Shown in pieces: positions 13,932 through 27,317 of a DNA stretch of 64,000 nt (the first letter of the stretch is position 1; every line of letters starts with the position of its first letter). Location of the stretch: positions 272,428,001 through 272,492,000 of the forward strand of contig OZ024743.1 in the NCBI GenBank assembly GCA_964016885.1, read 5' to 3'. Origin of the DNA: Eledone cirrhosa. Lineage: Eukaryota. A program made the position numbers and the translations under genes. The notes beneath the pieces are model-generated. The model was not told where the DNA came from and ran no database searches. It was given only the letters and a program-made list of their open reading frames with translations.

Positions 13932-16762
13932 CCATCAAGCAAACGGTAAAGGTGAGAAGCGAAATCACCTTCCGAAAGAGAACCAAGCGCAGAGGGACCA
14001 GTGGACAACCGTTCAAAGGAAGAACAGAAAGCACCGAGTAACTGGGAGCAAGAAAACCCAAGTAATGTGCAAATTCCTCAGGAACGGGACCTGCTGGCAT
14101 GGAGAGACAGGGATGGGCAGCAGATTCGCCCACCCCATGTCCCACACGAACTATGCCCTTCCTACTCGCGCAACATGCCCCAGCCAAAGCCAAAACAAGC
14201 CGCTCCAGAAGTATGCTGATGTCGCGCGTGCCGCGCCAACAAGGAGAAGGCACGCACATGCCGACGAGATACAGATGGCAGCAGCAGAACAGAAACATTT
14301 TTTAGTGGTGGCAGAGAAAATTGTGGGACAGCTGACCTGGCTGCATCGTTTCCAGAGCGAGGGTCACCCACACCAGCACTCGAGACCACCACAATTAAGG
14401 GACCCAGAGTGGCCGCCGCTGACACTAGACCAGGTGTCATACCGACAGCCATTAATGGGACCCCAAAAGTCATACCAGTGTTGCTGCTGAATGTCAGAGG
14501 CCTGGTGAAACTCAGTAACATGAGTAAAATTTCCTACCTGGGAGACTTAGCCATAAGCAATCAAGCATTATGTAGGGCACTCACCGAAACGCACCTGACA
14601 AGCAGTATAGCAGATGCAGAAATACATATGCCGAAATATACTGTATTTCGTTCGGAGAGGAAGGAGAGAACTGATGGTGGGGTTGCTCTGTATATCCGTG
14701 AAGATCTCACACCAATTGTACTGTTGACACATTCAAACTCTGTCTGTGACACACTGATAGTACATATGAAGCAACTACAGACAGTAATATGTGTCACATA
14801 TCGGCCGCCCGATGCCCCTAGTCATTAGGGTCAATTTGAGGATAGCCTCAGTAGGATAGAAGAGGTCCTTGACAAATTGGACCAGGGTCTCAACATTCTA
14901 CTGCTGGGAGACTTCAGCCTGCCAAAGGTCAAATGGCCTGAGGGCCAACTCCTCCCTGGAATGACGTCAATAGAACAGAGACAGACGGAATCCCTGCTGG
15001 CGCTCACACACAGGCTGTTCGTGGAACAAGCAGTACTCCTCCCAACAAGAGGCGACAATGTCCTGGACTTCTGTTTTACAAACAACGAAGTGCTCGTGCA
15101 CAATGTAAAGGTGACACCAACAATTTTCTAGGATCATAACTTAGTAGAACCAACAGAGACAAAACCATCAAGAAGCACCGGGACGTTATCCAGTCTTAAC
15201 TTCTCCGAGGCTAACTGGAAAAAGATCAAGAGAGAAATCCGGAAGCAAACACTGCCACACAAGACACCAACACACAATTTCAACACTTCATGACAACGGT
15301 ACACACTATATGCAAAAAGTTTGTCCCGGAGAAAAAGGCAAACAGACACAAAAATATTATTCCCAGAGATAGGAAAATCCTAATGGAGACGTAGAACCAA
15401 GCTTTCAAACCAGTTGAATGCACAACAAGAAAACAAAAACAAGAATTAATCCTATTTGAAACGTGCTCTACTTGACAGCGAGATTGTACTCAAACTTTCC
15501 CATGAAAATGAGAGGGCAAAGAAAGAAAGCAGGGCACATTAAAACAAACCCTAAGGCCTTCTTTAAATTTGCAAAAGAAACTGCCTCGGTACACTGCAAG
15601 ATTGGGCCACTCTTCCATACAGACGGTTCATTAACCGAGAATCCCCAAGAGATATGTGAAATACTGAACGAACAGTACAAAAGTTTGTTCACATGTCCAC
15701 TGAGGCACATGCAAATAATAAAGCCAGAGGAGTTCTTTGATGCCACAACACTACATGAAGAACTGGCGACCATCAACCTGATAGACATAACGGAGGAGGA
15801 TGTGGTATACGCCATAGATGAAATTAGAACAGACACAGCTGCTGGACCTGATGGATTCCCAGCAGTCCTCTTAAAAACATGTAAGCGGGCCTTAGCAACT
15901 CCACTGAAGATGCTCTTCAGAAGTTCCTTGGCTAGCGGTTTACTACCCAAGGAGCTGAAAGAAGGCACAATATGCCCTATCCATAAAGGAGGTAGCAGAG
16001 CGGAGGCCAAAAACTGACGTCGCATATCAGTAAGGTCATAGAGCAAGTCGTCAGAAAGAAACTGATCACTTTCCTCGAGGAAAATGACCGCCTGACTAGC
16101 ACGCAGCATGGCTTCCGCCCAGGAAGAAGCTGTCTTACACAGCTGCTACATCACTACGACAGGGTACTGAAACAACTGCTAGACAGCTCACATGTGGACG
16201 TGATATATCTTGACTTTGCGAAGGCCTTTGACAAGGTCAACCACGGAATGATATGTCACAAACTACACGGACTCGGCATAACTGGAAAAGTAGGTGAGTG
16301 GCTGCATGACTTCTTAAAGGACAGAAGCCAGACAGTCGCAGCAAACGGGGCCCTCTCAAAGGAAACATCAATAACAAGTGGGGTGCCCCAAGAGACAGTC
16401 CTGAGAACACTACTGTTTTTGGTGGCTCTCTCAGACATGCCATCTGTAGTACATACAACAACATCCCTCACTAGCTATGCTGATGAAACTAAGGTAGCAC
16501 AGGCAATCAAAAACCCGGCTGGCGCTGCCCTTTTACAACAATATCTGGATGCCATATACAAATGGGCAGAAGAAAACAACATGAGTTTAATGCTGGCAAA
16601 TTCAGAGCCCTACAATACAAACCTGCTAACACAAATACAGTACAACACAGTTATGCAGGACCAGGAGGGTGCGATATCCCCGTGTCAAAATCGATACGAG
16701 ACCTGGGTATAGACATGAACGATGATGCATCTTTTTCCTCACACATCATGAACGTGGCGACA
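13932..16762 (+). mobile_element. Degenerate CR1-group LINE (ORF1 end, APE, RT), truncated at both ends
   Basis: CCCH-like CKFLRNGTCWHG; APE motifs NVRGL, TETHL, GGVALY, YRPP, GDF, PTRGDNVLD; RT motifs GPDG, YLDFAKAFDKV, GVPQ, YADET; many stops. Confidence 0.88.
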
Positions 16763-16764
16763 AT

Positions 16765-17292
16765 GTGCATATATATATATACGTACATATATATATGTGT
16801 GCATGTATGTATATATATATACATACTACTGTACGTCTGTATACATATATGTATGTACGTGTACATACTTATATTTAAGTAACAGCCGTGCTAAGAGTGG
16901 GAAATGAAATTTCGTTTCATTTTTTCCGTTTATCGTTTTCGGTGCACCCGGCCAATTAACCCACTCGATATGCAAATTGGGAAACTCAGCCGTTAATATG
17001 CATAAGGCAAGTATATACGTTCAACAATCTGGCAGGAAGGTATACGTTTCTGACGATAGCTAATAAGCTTGAAACTAGTACAGCGTTCCTTTGTCAGTGT
17101 TGAACAAACGAGCAACGATGGTTGCTGGACACTACGGCTTCATACGGATGCTTGTTTACAAACACACCGAGCATTGTAATAAATGTTCGGTGAATCCATA
17201 CGTACATATATATATGTGTGCATGTATGTATATATATATACATACTACTGTACGTCTGTATACATATATGTATGTACGTGTACATACTTATA
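16765..17292 (+). mobile_element. ~420-bp HHR monomer with ~95-bp terminal direct repeat
   Basis: About 16778-16872 repeats at 17198-17292; same family as 12026-12636; abuts the truncated CR1 3' end. Confidence 0.8.
17044..17086 (+). ncRNA. Minimal hammerhead (copy of 12318-12360)
   Basis: Identical core CTGACGAtagctaataagcttGAAActagTA; one mismatch in stem I. Confidence 0.7.
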
Positions 17293-17381
17293 TATAATAT
17301 ATATATCATATATCTATATATACATATATATATCGAGCCCTCTCTGGATTTTAGTCTTCAATTTTATTATTATTACTATAT

Positions 17382-17457
<76 letters not shown>

Positions 17458-17635
17458 TATTAATAAAATAGATGTTCTTTTGATCAATTACATTTTATTA
17501 TACATATTTCGGATGTACAAAAGTACTGTCCTCATTAGACAAAATATAATGATACATGACATACCCTGAGATGTTAAATGGTTAAACTCATTCTTTGACA
17601 TAATCATCGAATATTGTTTAACAACTTAATACATA

Positions 17636-17666
<31 letters not shown>

Positions 17667-17667
<1 letters not shown>

Positions 17668-18645
17668 ACAAAGGAAAAGTGGTAAGGAACCTGATGGACC
17701 ATAACGCACCAAAGTACTCAATACTTAGGGTAGTAGAGTGGGTAATAGGAACGAATATGACCCCGACGGCTGAGCTCAAGCCGTTTCGACGGCTAATTCT
17801 GGACTAAATGAAAATTTTTATCCTGGTAAATGAATAGTCGAACTTCTCAGGGGGTAATTCCATATATGGTAAAAGTGATTTTCACAAGGATTGGTCAAAA
17901 GTTTGTTGTTGAGAGACATGATTCTATCATGGCATTTTGTGGAAGGTAGGGGTAGCTGAACTTGCCAGTAGAAGAAAGAGGGAGAGGAGGAAACCCAGTC
18001 AAGCGTTGAAAGTAACGACTACAGTAGATTCTAAGGAAGAGGTCGAAAAAAGTATACTAGAGAGGGGGAGGGAGGAGGAAGTCGAAACAATAAGTAAATC
18101 TATATGGAGTAAATATATAGAAAAATATAAAATATATTAAAAATATAAAAAAACACAATTTCTGGTTTCTATTCTCCTTCCATAATCATCAAGTCTCTCA
18201 CTGGTACTGCTAAACTATAGAAAAGTTTAATAGATGGGACGGAATACTAAATACGAGATAGTAGTGAAAGAATTTTATGAGTTAGTAGTAATCGTCCAAA
18301 TCTATCTTACAGTGACAGGTCAAGAAGTAGGGGGCCAAAATACTAAAAAAAGACTAATACGAAGTAATAATTCAGAGTCCCGAAACTAATACGAAATATT
18401 AATTCAGAATCCCGAAAATGAATACTAATACGATATATAAGAGTACTGCTAGCTACAATACATAAATTCTAATACAAACTACACCTTTTGGGTGGTGGGG
18501 GGGGATTCTGAATTAATTTTTTGTATTAAATTTTTCGTATTAGTTTTTCATATATATCGTACGAGCATTTATGTAGTTTGTATTAGAATTAAAGAAACCA
18601 GCTATGTTCACTTCCCGTTTGAACATAGCTGGTTTCTTTAATAGA
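17667..18645 (-). mobile_element. Non-coding PLE-like tail with variant HHR and rearranged 5' end
   Basis: 3' terminus shared with 1381-1432; HHR-like fold at 17760-17855; local inversions at 18355-18642. Confidence 0.5.
17760..17855 (-). ncRNA. Hammerhead variant
   Basis: Minus strand: acccc-CTGAGAAgttc-gac...gtc-GAAA-cggct(tgagctc)agccg-TC-ggggt. Confidence 0.55.
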
Positions 18646-18684
18646 AAAAACAACAGAGGGCGAGAAAAAGAGATATAATAATGG

Positions 18685-18837
18685 ATCCCCACTATTACAC
18701 TGGTAGCCTATAAACCTCTAAGGAATGAAAAGAAAAATTGACCTTCAAGGAATTAGATCTCAAACATCACAGAGCCACCAGAAAGAATAGCGTGAAGTAT
18801 TCTACTCGACGCTCTAAACGCTATCAGTTTGTCACCT
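18685..18837 (-). mobile_element. Diverged tRNA-derived SINE
   Basis: Weak similarity to the 31743 family (ctggta..ggaatgaaaagaaaaattgacc..cgacgctcta). Confidence 0.45.
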
Positions 18838-20734
18838 AATGACTGAATATACTATGGCTGATATAATAGATGTATAGAAAATACGATATAATACATACCA
18901 TACTATAGTATACGATATCATTCTAAGTTAATTTAATACAATGCATCACCATAATACAATAACACACTATAAAAAAAAGAAGTTTATAGATAAAAGTGTC
19001 TGGGAGATTAAGGGAAAATAAACATAAAAATAATTTTATGTGGTTAATTATTTATAAAGATTAGAAAAAAGGAACCGGAAGATTGAAAGAATCTCAGAAC
19101 TGATTTTCATTTCAGCTAAAAAGAATGAGTTGGAAATCTAATTTGAGATTACCACAAGTATTGAATATGCAATTCACCAATGAAATCAAGTAATCCTTCT
19201 GATATTTTCTCATAATTCGCCTGGTTTAGATTGTAGAATCACACATTTTAATATTCTTTTTTATTTGTATAGTGATTTTTTTTCTCATTTCAACTCTACC
19301 TGAGCCTGCAATGAATTAATATTACCACAATTCCAGTCAGGCGTAATTAAATAACATCTCTTATTAAGCTATTCTACATAATATCACTCTGGCTTTTGTA
19401 ATCGCACGTGAAAAGGTGTATATTATCGATCGAATGAATGTACATGAAGAGACGTGTGAAATCAATATGAAATGCATTTATATATCATATATTTTTCCTG
19501 TGTCATTATTGGCTCCAAATATACGAATTACATTTGCAGTAGATCTATGTTACGTAAACACGAAATCATTTTCTCAGCTATAGATGTATTATTTGTTAAT
19601 ATATATATATATTTGATTTTAATTATTTTCTGTTTACGTCTCAGCTACATTTTTCTCATCAAATTCATTTAGCAGTTTACTTGTATGTTTCGTTTTTCCA
19701 TCAAAGAAACGTAAACATAAATATTTAAAGCATTCAAATACTACTACTGATTTATACAAAACCAAATTTTAATTTATTAATGGAAATCATACAAGAAAAA
19801 GAAAAAAAAATCGATGTTCTTAAATAAAATTACCTCTTTTAAGAAAGGGAAATAATATGTTATAAAAACATTTTTTTAAAGGAACGTATTTCTGAAATAT
19901 CTGAAATTTTGTAGTAAAATTGGTATTTGGATATTCTATTATAAGTCTGAGTAATTTAACTTTCAAGTATATTTTTTTTAATTTACAAGTGGATGGTTTG
20001 TAAGGGGCTGAAAATATTAATCAATTAAATTTTAATCTAGTTGCTCTACAATATTTTTTATTCTTGTTTTTGAATTAATATTTTGTAATGTTCTTTCGAA
20101 ATTAGTTCATCTACGTCTTAGATAATACTGTTTTTAGATAAATAGATAGCAATCAGAGTCTGTCGCTTATTTTTGGTTTCAGATATATTTGGTTGTTTCT
20201 CTTATAGTCTTGACAGCTACCATTTGTCTTCCCTAATTTTGTTCCAGCAATAAACACCAGATAAATCATTCATTCCGTTACTTGTTACCCTCTAAAATAT
20301 TCCCATCACTCATATGTCTCTTGCATGCAGTTGACTTTAAAAATTTCAAACTAAACATCAACAAAATCAATCCAGACTAACGATTTTAAAATTACTTCAA
20401 GAATTGTGGGTTTTGGTCGGCAAAATTTTATCTGACAAACATAAGGCCATTTTTGGACAATCAATGATTTGTAGAAAATATTATTAGCCATTGCATTTTC
20501 TCACAAAAAACAAGAAAAAAAAAAAACGAACAAAATGAACAGCAAGATAAACTTCGGTAGAATTTATATGTAGAATGCAAAGAACCGTAACAATTATTAA
20601 AACTCTTCCTATCCAATACGCATGACTGCGAATCCACTGCCTTACACATACATACATTTGTATATATATACATATATATATATACGAATAATTAATCACG
20701 CAGACATGTGAATGCATACGTACAGACATACATA

Positions 20735-20791
<57 letters not shown>

Positions 20792-21376
20792 GTGTGTGTG
20801 CGCGTGCGCGCGTGTGTGTATATAGCCATGTCTGGTCGTTTGTATGTGTATCATATTAATCAGGTAAAGGTTATAAAGCAATGTTAAGAAAGACTATGTT
20901 AAGTTTCCTCACTAGACATTCTAAAAATCCACCATTAAGTAGCAACAAGTTAGTGTATGTTGAAATATCTCTAATGAATACATGCAATATTCTCCCAGTA
21001 TAACGATGTCTTTTATTCTTCTCCACTTTACGTTTCAACACTCTCACTACAGAATTAACTTGTATTCATTAAATGTAAATGTATTCTATTTTTCTCTTTG
21101 TTATGTATATATGGTACATACTGCACACACAATATTTAATAAGCAGTACTTTGTTGAATTTTAAAAACCTTTCATAGATCTCAGCATAAAAACGAAAATT
21201 AATACGCAAAGACACATAAACATACAGAAAAACACACATGTATCCATATTCATATAAGGAGCCATATTATTAACCCTCTCATGCGCATGAAGTGAATTGT
21301 CAAAAATGCGATTTTATAATCCAGTTTAAAAATAGGAAATAAAGAATATGGTTAAATAAATTAAAGAGGTAATCAT

Positions 21377-21560
21377 AACTGTTTCTACTTTAGGCACAAG
21401 GCCAGCAATTATCCAGTGCATTACTGGTACTTTATCTTATCGACCCCGTAAGGATGAAAGGCAAAGTCAACCTCAGCGGGATTTGAACTCAGATCGTAAA
21501 GGGACGTAACTATGCTGGAAAGCATGGCGTCCGACCCTCTACCAATACTGCCAATCCACG
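21377..21560 (-). mobile_element. tRNA-derived SINE
   Basis: Reverse complement of the family at 31743-31934. Confidence 0.85.
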
Positions 21561-23515
21561 TCGTTTAATTAACATAAAAAAGACATTTGATTATGATTAT
21601 CGAGAAAAAATCAGAAAAACTAAATGATTCCATGGAAAATAAAATGAAGGAACAAGAATAAAATGACTTAAATAACACAATAGTCCACATGATATTTCGA
21701 AATATGCTAAACTACTCACAAACAAAACTTTCAGAGAAAAAGAAAACAAACAAAATAACAATAAGACAGGTCTAATAAGAATATTCTTTTTCGCATGATC
21801 AAATTCCATACAGCACTTCAAATGTAACCTTATCCAAAGCACGGCAGAAACGTTGAAAATGTCAGAATTCCACTCTTCCCAGAAACAATCTTATCTTATT
21901 TTCTGAAATCTTGTAACTGCCTTGTTTTTACCTTTGCAATTCATCAATATATATTTTTTTTATTTTAAATTTAAATTTTATATTAGATTGAATGCTTACA
22001 CAGCTCATAGGTTGATAATGAATTTTTAGCAATCTGCCTTAAATTTTACTTTCCTACTTCTATCTCTATTTTATGTTGTTATGGTGGCTCACACCAGCGT
22101 AAGTTTAGTCAAAGATCTCATTGTTATCAGGCCAAGAGGTAATATTTGAATTTAGAACTCTAGAATAAACGGAGTCACACAAATTCACACATATAACAGA
22201 GATGCCATGGGGAGGGAGTTTGCATAATAGATATAAGAATAGACAAATGACACTCACCGTACACTTCAATTTATAGCAATCATTATCATTGCCATTCGAC
22301 ATACATAAAATTATGATACATTAAATTAGCGGAGCCGATGTTAGAATGTTGAAATCATTATGATCGATCACTGACGTCGTCGTATCTCTGTTCACTGACT
22401 CTGAGAGCGGTAGCCGTCATTCGATTAACTTGGTATATAATAGAAGGACCTCTCGTACACTAACACAGGCGTGCATACATGTACGTATGTAGGCACACAT
22501 GCATACACACACACACATATATATATATATATATGTGTATGTATGATTGTGTGTAGGCAAATTTAACGTACTTTTGATTCCCTTTCATATAATTTTGTTT
22601 TTTGTTTTGGTATCTACAACTAATATGATTGCATTTAGGACATAGAGTTATCTAAATATGTAATCGATATTTTATATCGATCACATATTTACACGAGGAA
22701 TACTGACATTTAAATCCTTTTTTAGTCGATATCAATATTTTTTGAACGAAACAAAAAGCAAACTATAAATGTAGTTTTAATGTTAATAACGAGTTTTATT
22801 CACACTACACTTTATATTGTCTTATATATATATACGTCGGAATGACTGATGGTTGGCACATTGGGGTTGTAACCCACCATAGATCATTCTAACAGTGAAT
22901 GCGCGTAACCATTGGGTAGGCTGTTAGAATCATGATCATAAGATGATGGTTTCGATTAGTGTACCGGACGCCCTGTTCTTTTCTTGGGCAAGCCACACCA
23001 TTTCATGCCGCTTTTCGTTACAGAACTAGGCCCAACTCATTACAACAAGACCTTAAAAAGTCGTTATTAAATAAACCCTCGTAAGATTTCAGATAAAACA
23101 ATATATGTGTGAGCTGTGAATTCCATTTCTTTCATTTCAACACCTCCTGTTCAGAGCCAAACATATCATATTTCAGTTAATCTCGTTTCGGTTCCAGCAG
23201 GTTTGTCAATTGCAATTGGCAGCAAATGACTCAAGTCTGGAGGGCCTGAAAAATACAGGATCATGGGTAGTGTCTCCTATTTCCTAAGTGATAGGAAATA
23301 TTTGGTGAACTCTGAGTTAGCCCTCAGTGGTGAGTTTAGTACCGGCAATGAGACTAGAAACATTTGTCAGTAAACTCTTTAGTGCTTTGTATTAGTCTAG
23401 AGTTTCTATTCTTCTCTGTCAACCAAGATTTGTTTTCAATCAGAATCATGGTATGCACATTGCAATGAAATAATACATCACCCTACAATCTGTCTTTTTC
23501 GCATCTCTCTCACTC

Positions 23516-23582
<67 letters not shown>

Positions 23583-23590
<8 letters not shown>

Positions 23591-23959
23591 GACGTAAAAT
23601 AAGAAAATTATAAAAATTAACTTACTTACTAAAATTTCACTCCAACTAATTAGTTTCTGAAAGGGAATAAACATAGTTTCCGAAGAAACGTACAGAGAAG
23701 CCTTTCGTCATCAGGGAAGTCTATTCTCAGCTAAGTTTCCAGGCAATGCGTGGACACAGGGAACTTATACAAAAATAATTCACTGTGTCCACGCATTGCC
23801 TGGAAACTTAGCTGAGAATAGACTTCCCTGATGACGAAAGGCTTCTCTGTACGTTTCTTCGGAAACTATGTTTATTCCCTTTCAGAAACTAATTAGTTGG
23901 AGTGAAATTTTAGTAAGTAAGTTAATTTTTATAATTTTCTTATTTTACGTCTTTCATAT
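23583..23959. repeat. Palindrome with 177-bp arms and 23-nt spacer, with an HHR-like core in each arm
   Basis: 23583-23759 is the reverse complement of 23783-23959. CTGATGA at 23828, cgaa..ttcg stem II, GAAA-ctatg-TT; adjacent to (TA)n. Confidence 0.9.
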
Positions 23960-24422
23960 TATTGTTCTGCATCCCCATGCATTGAATCACAAAGTTACTA
24001 AGACAAAATCTATATATTTGCTGGCATAGGTATGCATCTGTATATATATGTTAGTAGATATACTAATTCTTTATATATATATATATATATAAATGTTGAG
24101 TATGTGTTGGTTGTTTACCTACACCTCAGTATGCAGGTTGGAGCACTCGACGAGTACACAGGTTGGTTTGTTTATTTCGGACTAATGTAAAATAAGTAAG
24201 TCAAAAATGCTAAAGTTGGCTTCGTTTATTCTAATTCTCTGCTATATATATGTCAGTGACATCTATTATTGGCTGTAACCTCATCAGGCAGTACGAATTA
24301 AGGTAGAAAAACAGGTAAACATGGTGTTGAAATGTGTTCCACTGTCAATTCATCGATATGTCCAGCTCCTGGGTGTGTTGTTAGTCCTCCGAGGAACTAG
24401 AATCAAATGTTATATATATATA

Positions 24423-24426
<4 letters not shown>

Positions 24427-24500
<74 letters not shown>

Positions 24501-24570
24501 TGTGTGTGTGTCTGTGTGTGTGTGTTTGTATGTGTTTGTGTGTGTCTTTGTGTGTGTTTGAGTGTGTATA
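24427..24570. repeat. (TG)n microsatellite
   Basis: Direct reading of the sequence. Confidence 0.95.
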
Positions 24571-24810
24571 TACATACAGGAAAATATAGTCCCTATATGC
24601 AGATAATTATAATGTATGATAAACCCGGTAAAGTACCCCTGGAGACGGAAAAAGGCGTCTCTATCCAATTTTGTCGGTTTGTCCAACCATTATTTAGAGT
24701 TATCAACTAATATTATAGCTATCTGCATTATGGCGACTGCATTTTCAATCTCTTCTCAATGCTTTTTGATTCAACTATTCTTTTTCTTCATATATACATT
24801 TATAGATTCT

Positions 24811-24902
<92 letters not shown>

Positions 24903-25451
24903 CACACATAAATATATATATATATTTATATATATATATGTACACACACATGTATATATACATTCACGTGTGTTGTAATTGTGTGTGTGTATGGGCGCAC
25001 GTCTACCTCCAAGTGGTTTCATTTTCAATTACAAGAATCCTACAGAATAGCAAATATTTATGGTTTCCAAGTTACATGTACTTTGTGATTTCAAAAGAGG
25101 TGCCTTTTTTTAAAACTTTCAGTTATCTTAATTGTAAATCTATAATGATCCTGCAAATGTATATCAGTTCTACCATATTCACTCGCGTTTCAATTATAAA
25201 CTTAGGCTTCATGACAGGGTGAAGAAAACAACAAATAATTCAGTGAGATATCCATATCGTAAATGTTCCATTAGACACTAATATACTACATGTAAGGCCA
25301 TTATTAACTTAGATCACACATAATATATCTATTGGGATATCAGGAAACTTATTCTCATCATTGAAATATGTCTTTGTGGAGAAGATTCGTAAATTACAGA
25401 AAGCCTATATATAACTCAAGTGAATTATGAAGTAATTTCATTGTTCGTAAC

Positions 25452-25501
<50 letters not shown>

Positions 25502-25527
25502 GTTATCTTCTCGCTCTCTCTCCCCCC

Positions 25528-25581
<54 letters not shown>

Positions 25582-25585
<4 letters not shown>

Positions 25586-27122
25586 GAATAAAGTGGTCCT
25601 TCATCAGTGATCTTCCAACCATCATCGGTATTTCTTCGCTTTAAAGACCATATACCCCCGGTTGGTGCGAGTAACGGCTAAAGAAAGTCGCTGGGACAGG
25701 TAAATAAAGGGAACAGCGAGAGTGTAAACAAACAAAGATGGTGAAGCAACAAGGTCTTTAAAGCGAAGAAATACCGATGATGGTTGGAAGATCACTGATG
25801 AAGGACCACTTTATTCATATGTAACCCATTTGCAACTCCGCAGCACGTTTATTATCATATTTACACATATTTTTCCCCCGCTGTGACCCGTCTATTTCGT
25901 TCTTACTGCTTCCTCTTTCTCTGTATCTTTACCCTCTCTAACAGTCACTCTCCTTCCTCACCCTTCACTCACTCACTCTCTGTTACTACCTCTCCTCCTC
26001 CTCCTTCTTCCCGTTTGACCTGTGCGTAATTCTTTTCTTTCGCACGCTTGGCCAGGCCGGTTCGCCTTTTTTCTCTCTCTCGTTTACGATTTCACAGAAC
26101 TTATATTCACCGAATTCACGGACTGGACCCCTTCTTCCTCCCGTTAGACCTGTGCGGAATTCCTTCCTTGCTCACATTTCAACCAGGTTTGATGGTCTTT
26201 ATTCCCTCTCGTTCACGATTTCACCGAACTTATATTCATGGAAATTTGGGACTTGACTCCTACTTCCACATTTTTCGTTGCTTCACCATCTTTGTTTGTT
26301 TAGACTCTCGCTGTTCCCTTTATTTACGTGTCCCAACGAATTACTTTAGCCGTTGCTCGCACCAACCGGAGGTATATGGTCTTTAAAGCGAAGTAGTACC
26401 GATGATGGTTGGAAGATCACTGATGAAGGACCACTTTATTCATATGTAACCCATTTGCAACTCCGTAGCACGTTTATTCTCATATTTACACATATTTTTT
26501 CCGCCACTGTGACCCGTCTATTTCGTTCTTACTGCTTCCTCTTTCTCTGTATCTTTACCCTCTCCAACAGTCACTCACTCTGTTAGCCTTTTCCTCACCC
26601 TTCACTCACTCACTCTCTGTTACTACCTCTCCTCCTCCTCCTTCTTCCCATTTGACCTGTGCGTAATTCTTTTCTTTCGCACGCTTGGCCAGGCCGGTTC
26701 GCCTTTTTTCTCTCTCTCGTCTACGATTTCACAGAACTTATATTCACCGAATTCACGGACTAGACCCCTTCTTCCTCCCGTTAGACCTGTGCGAAATTCC
26801 TTCCTTGCTCACATTTCAACCAGGTTTGATGGTCTTTATTCTCTCTCGTTCACGATTTCACCGAACTTATATTCATGGAAATTTGGGACTTGACTCCTTC
26901 TTCCTCACTTTTCGTTGCTTCACCATCTTTGTTTGTTTACACTCTCGCTGTTCCCTTTATTTACGTGTCCCAACGACTTTCTTTGCTCGCACCAACCGGA
27001 GGTATATGGTCTTTAAAGCGAAGTAATACCGATGATGGTTGGAAGATCACTGATGAAGGACCACTTTATTCATATGTAACCCATTTGCAACTCCGCAGCA
27101 CGTTTATTCTCATATTTACATA
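25582..27122 (+). mobile_element. ~630-bp monomer: inverted 5' fragment plus ~2.2 tandem copies
   Basis: ggtctttaaagcgaag at 25753, 26378 and 27008; 25582-25750 is inverted; (TA)n flanks; homologous to 6008-7655. Confidence 0.85.
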
Positions 27123-27317
27123 TATATATATATATACAGAGAGAGAGAGGGAAAGAGAGAAATATCTATGTAGCCTGTAGGAGGATATATATAGAGAGAG
27201 CGACACATATGATTGTACCTAACCTACCTATCTATCTACCTACCTACCTACCTACCTACCTACCTACCTACCTATCTATCTATCTCTCTATCTATCTATA
27301 TATCTATCTATCTATCT

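Noticed and set aside
24170-24292. Minus-strand CTGATGAgg...ccGAAA hammerhead candidate
   Set aside because: No stem III, cleavage triplet or stem I partner could be found.
25753-25807. Box C/D snoRNA reading of tgatg..ctga within a ggtc/gacc stem
   Set aside because: Box spacing is too short, box C is imperfect, and it lies within a mobile tandem monomer.
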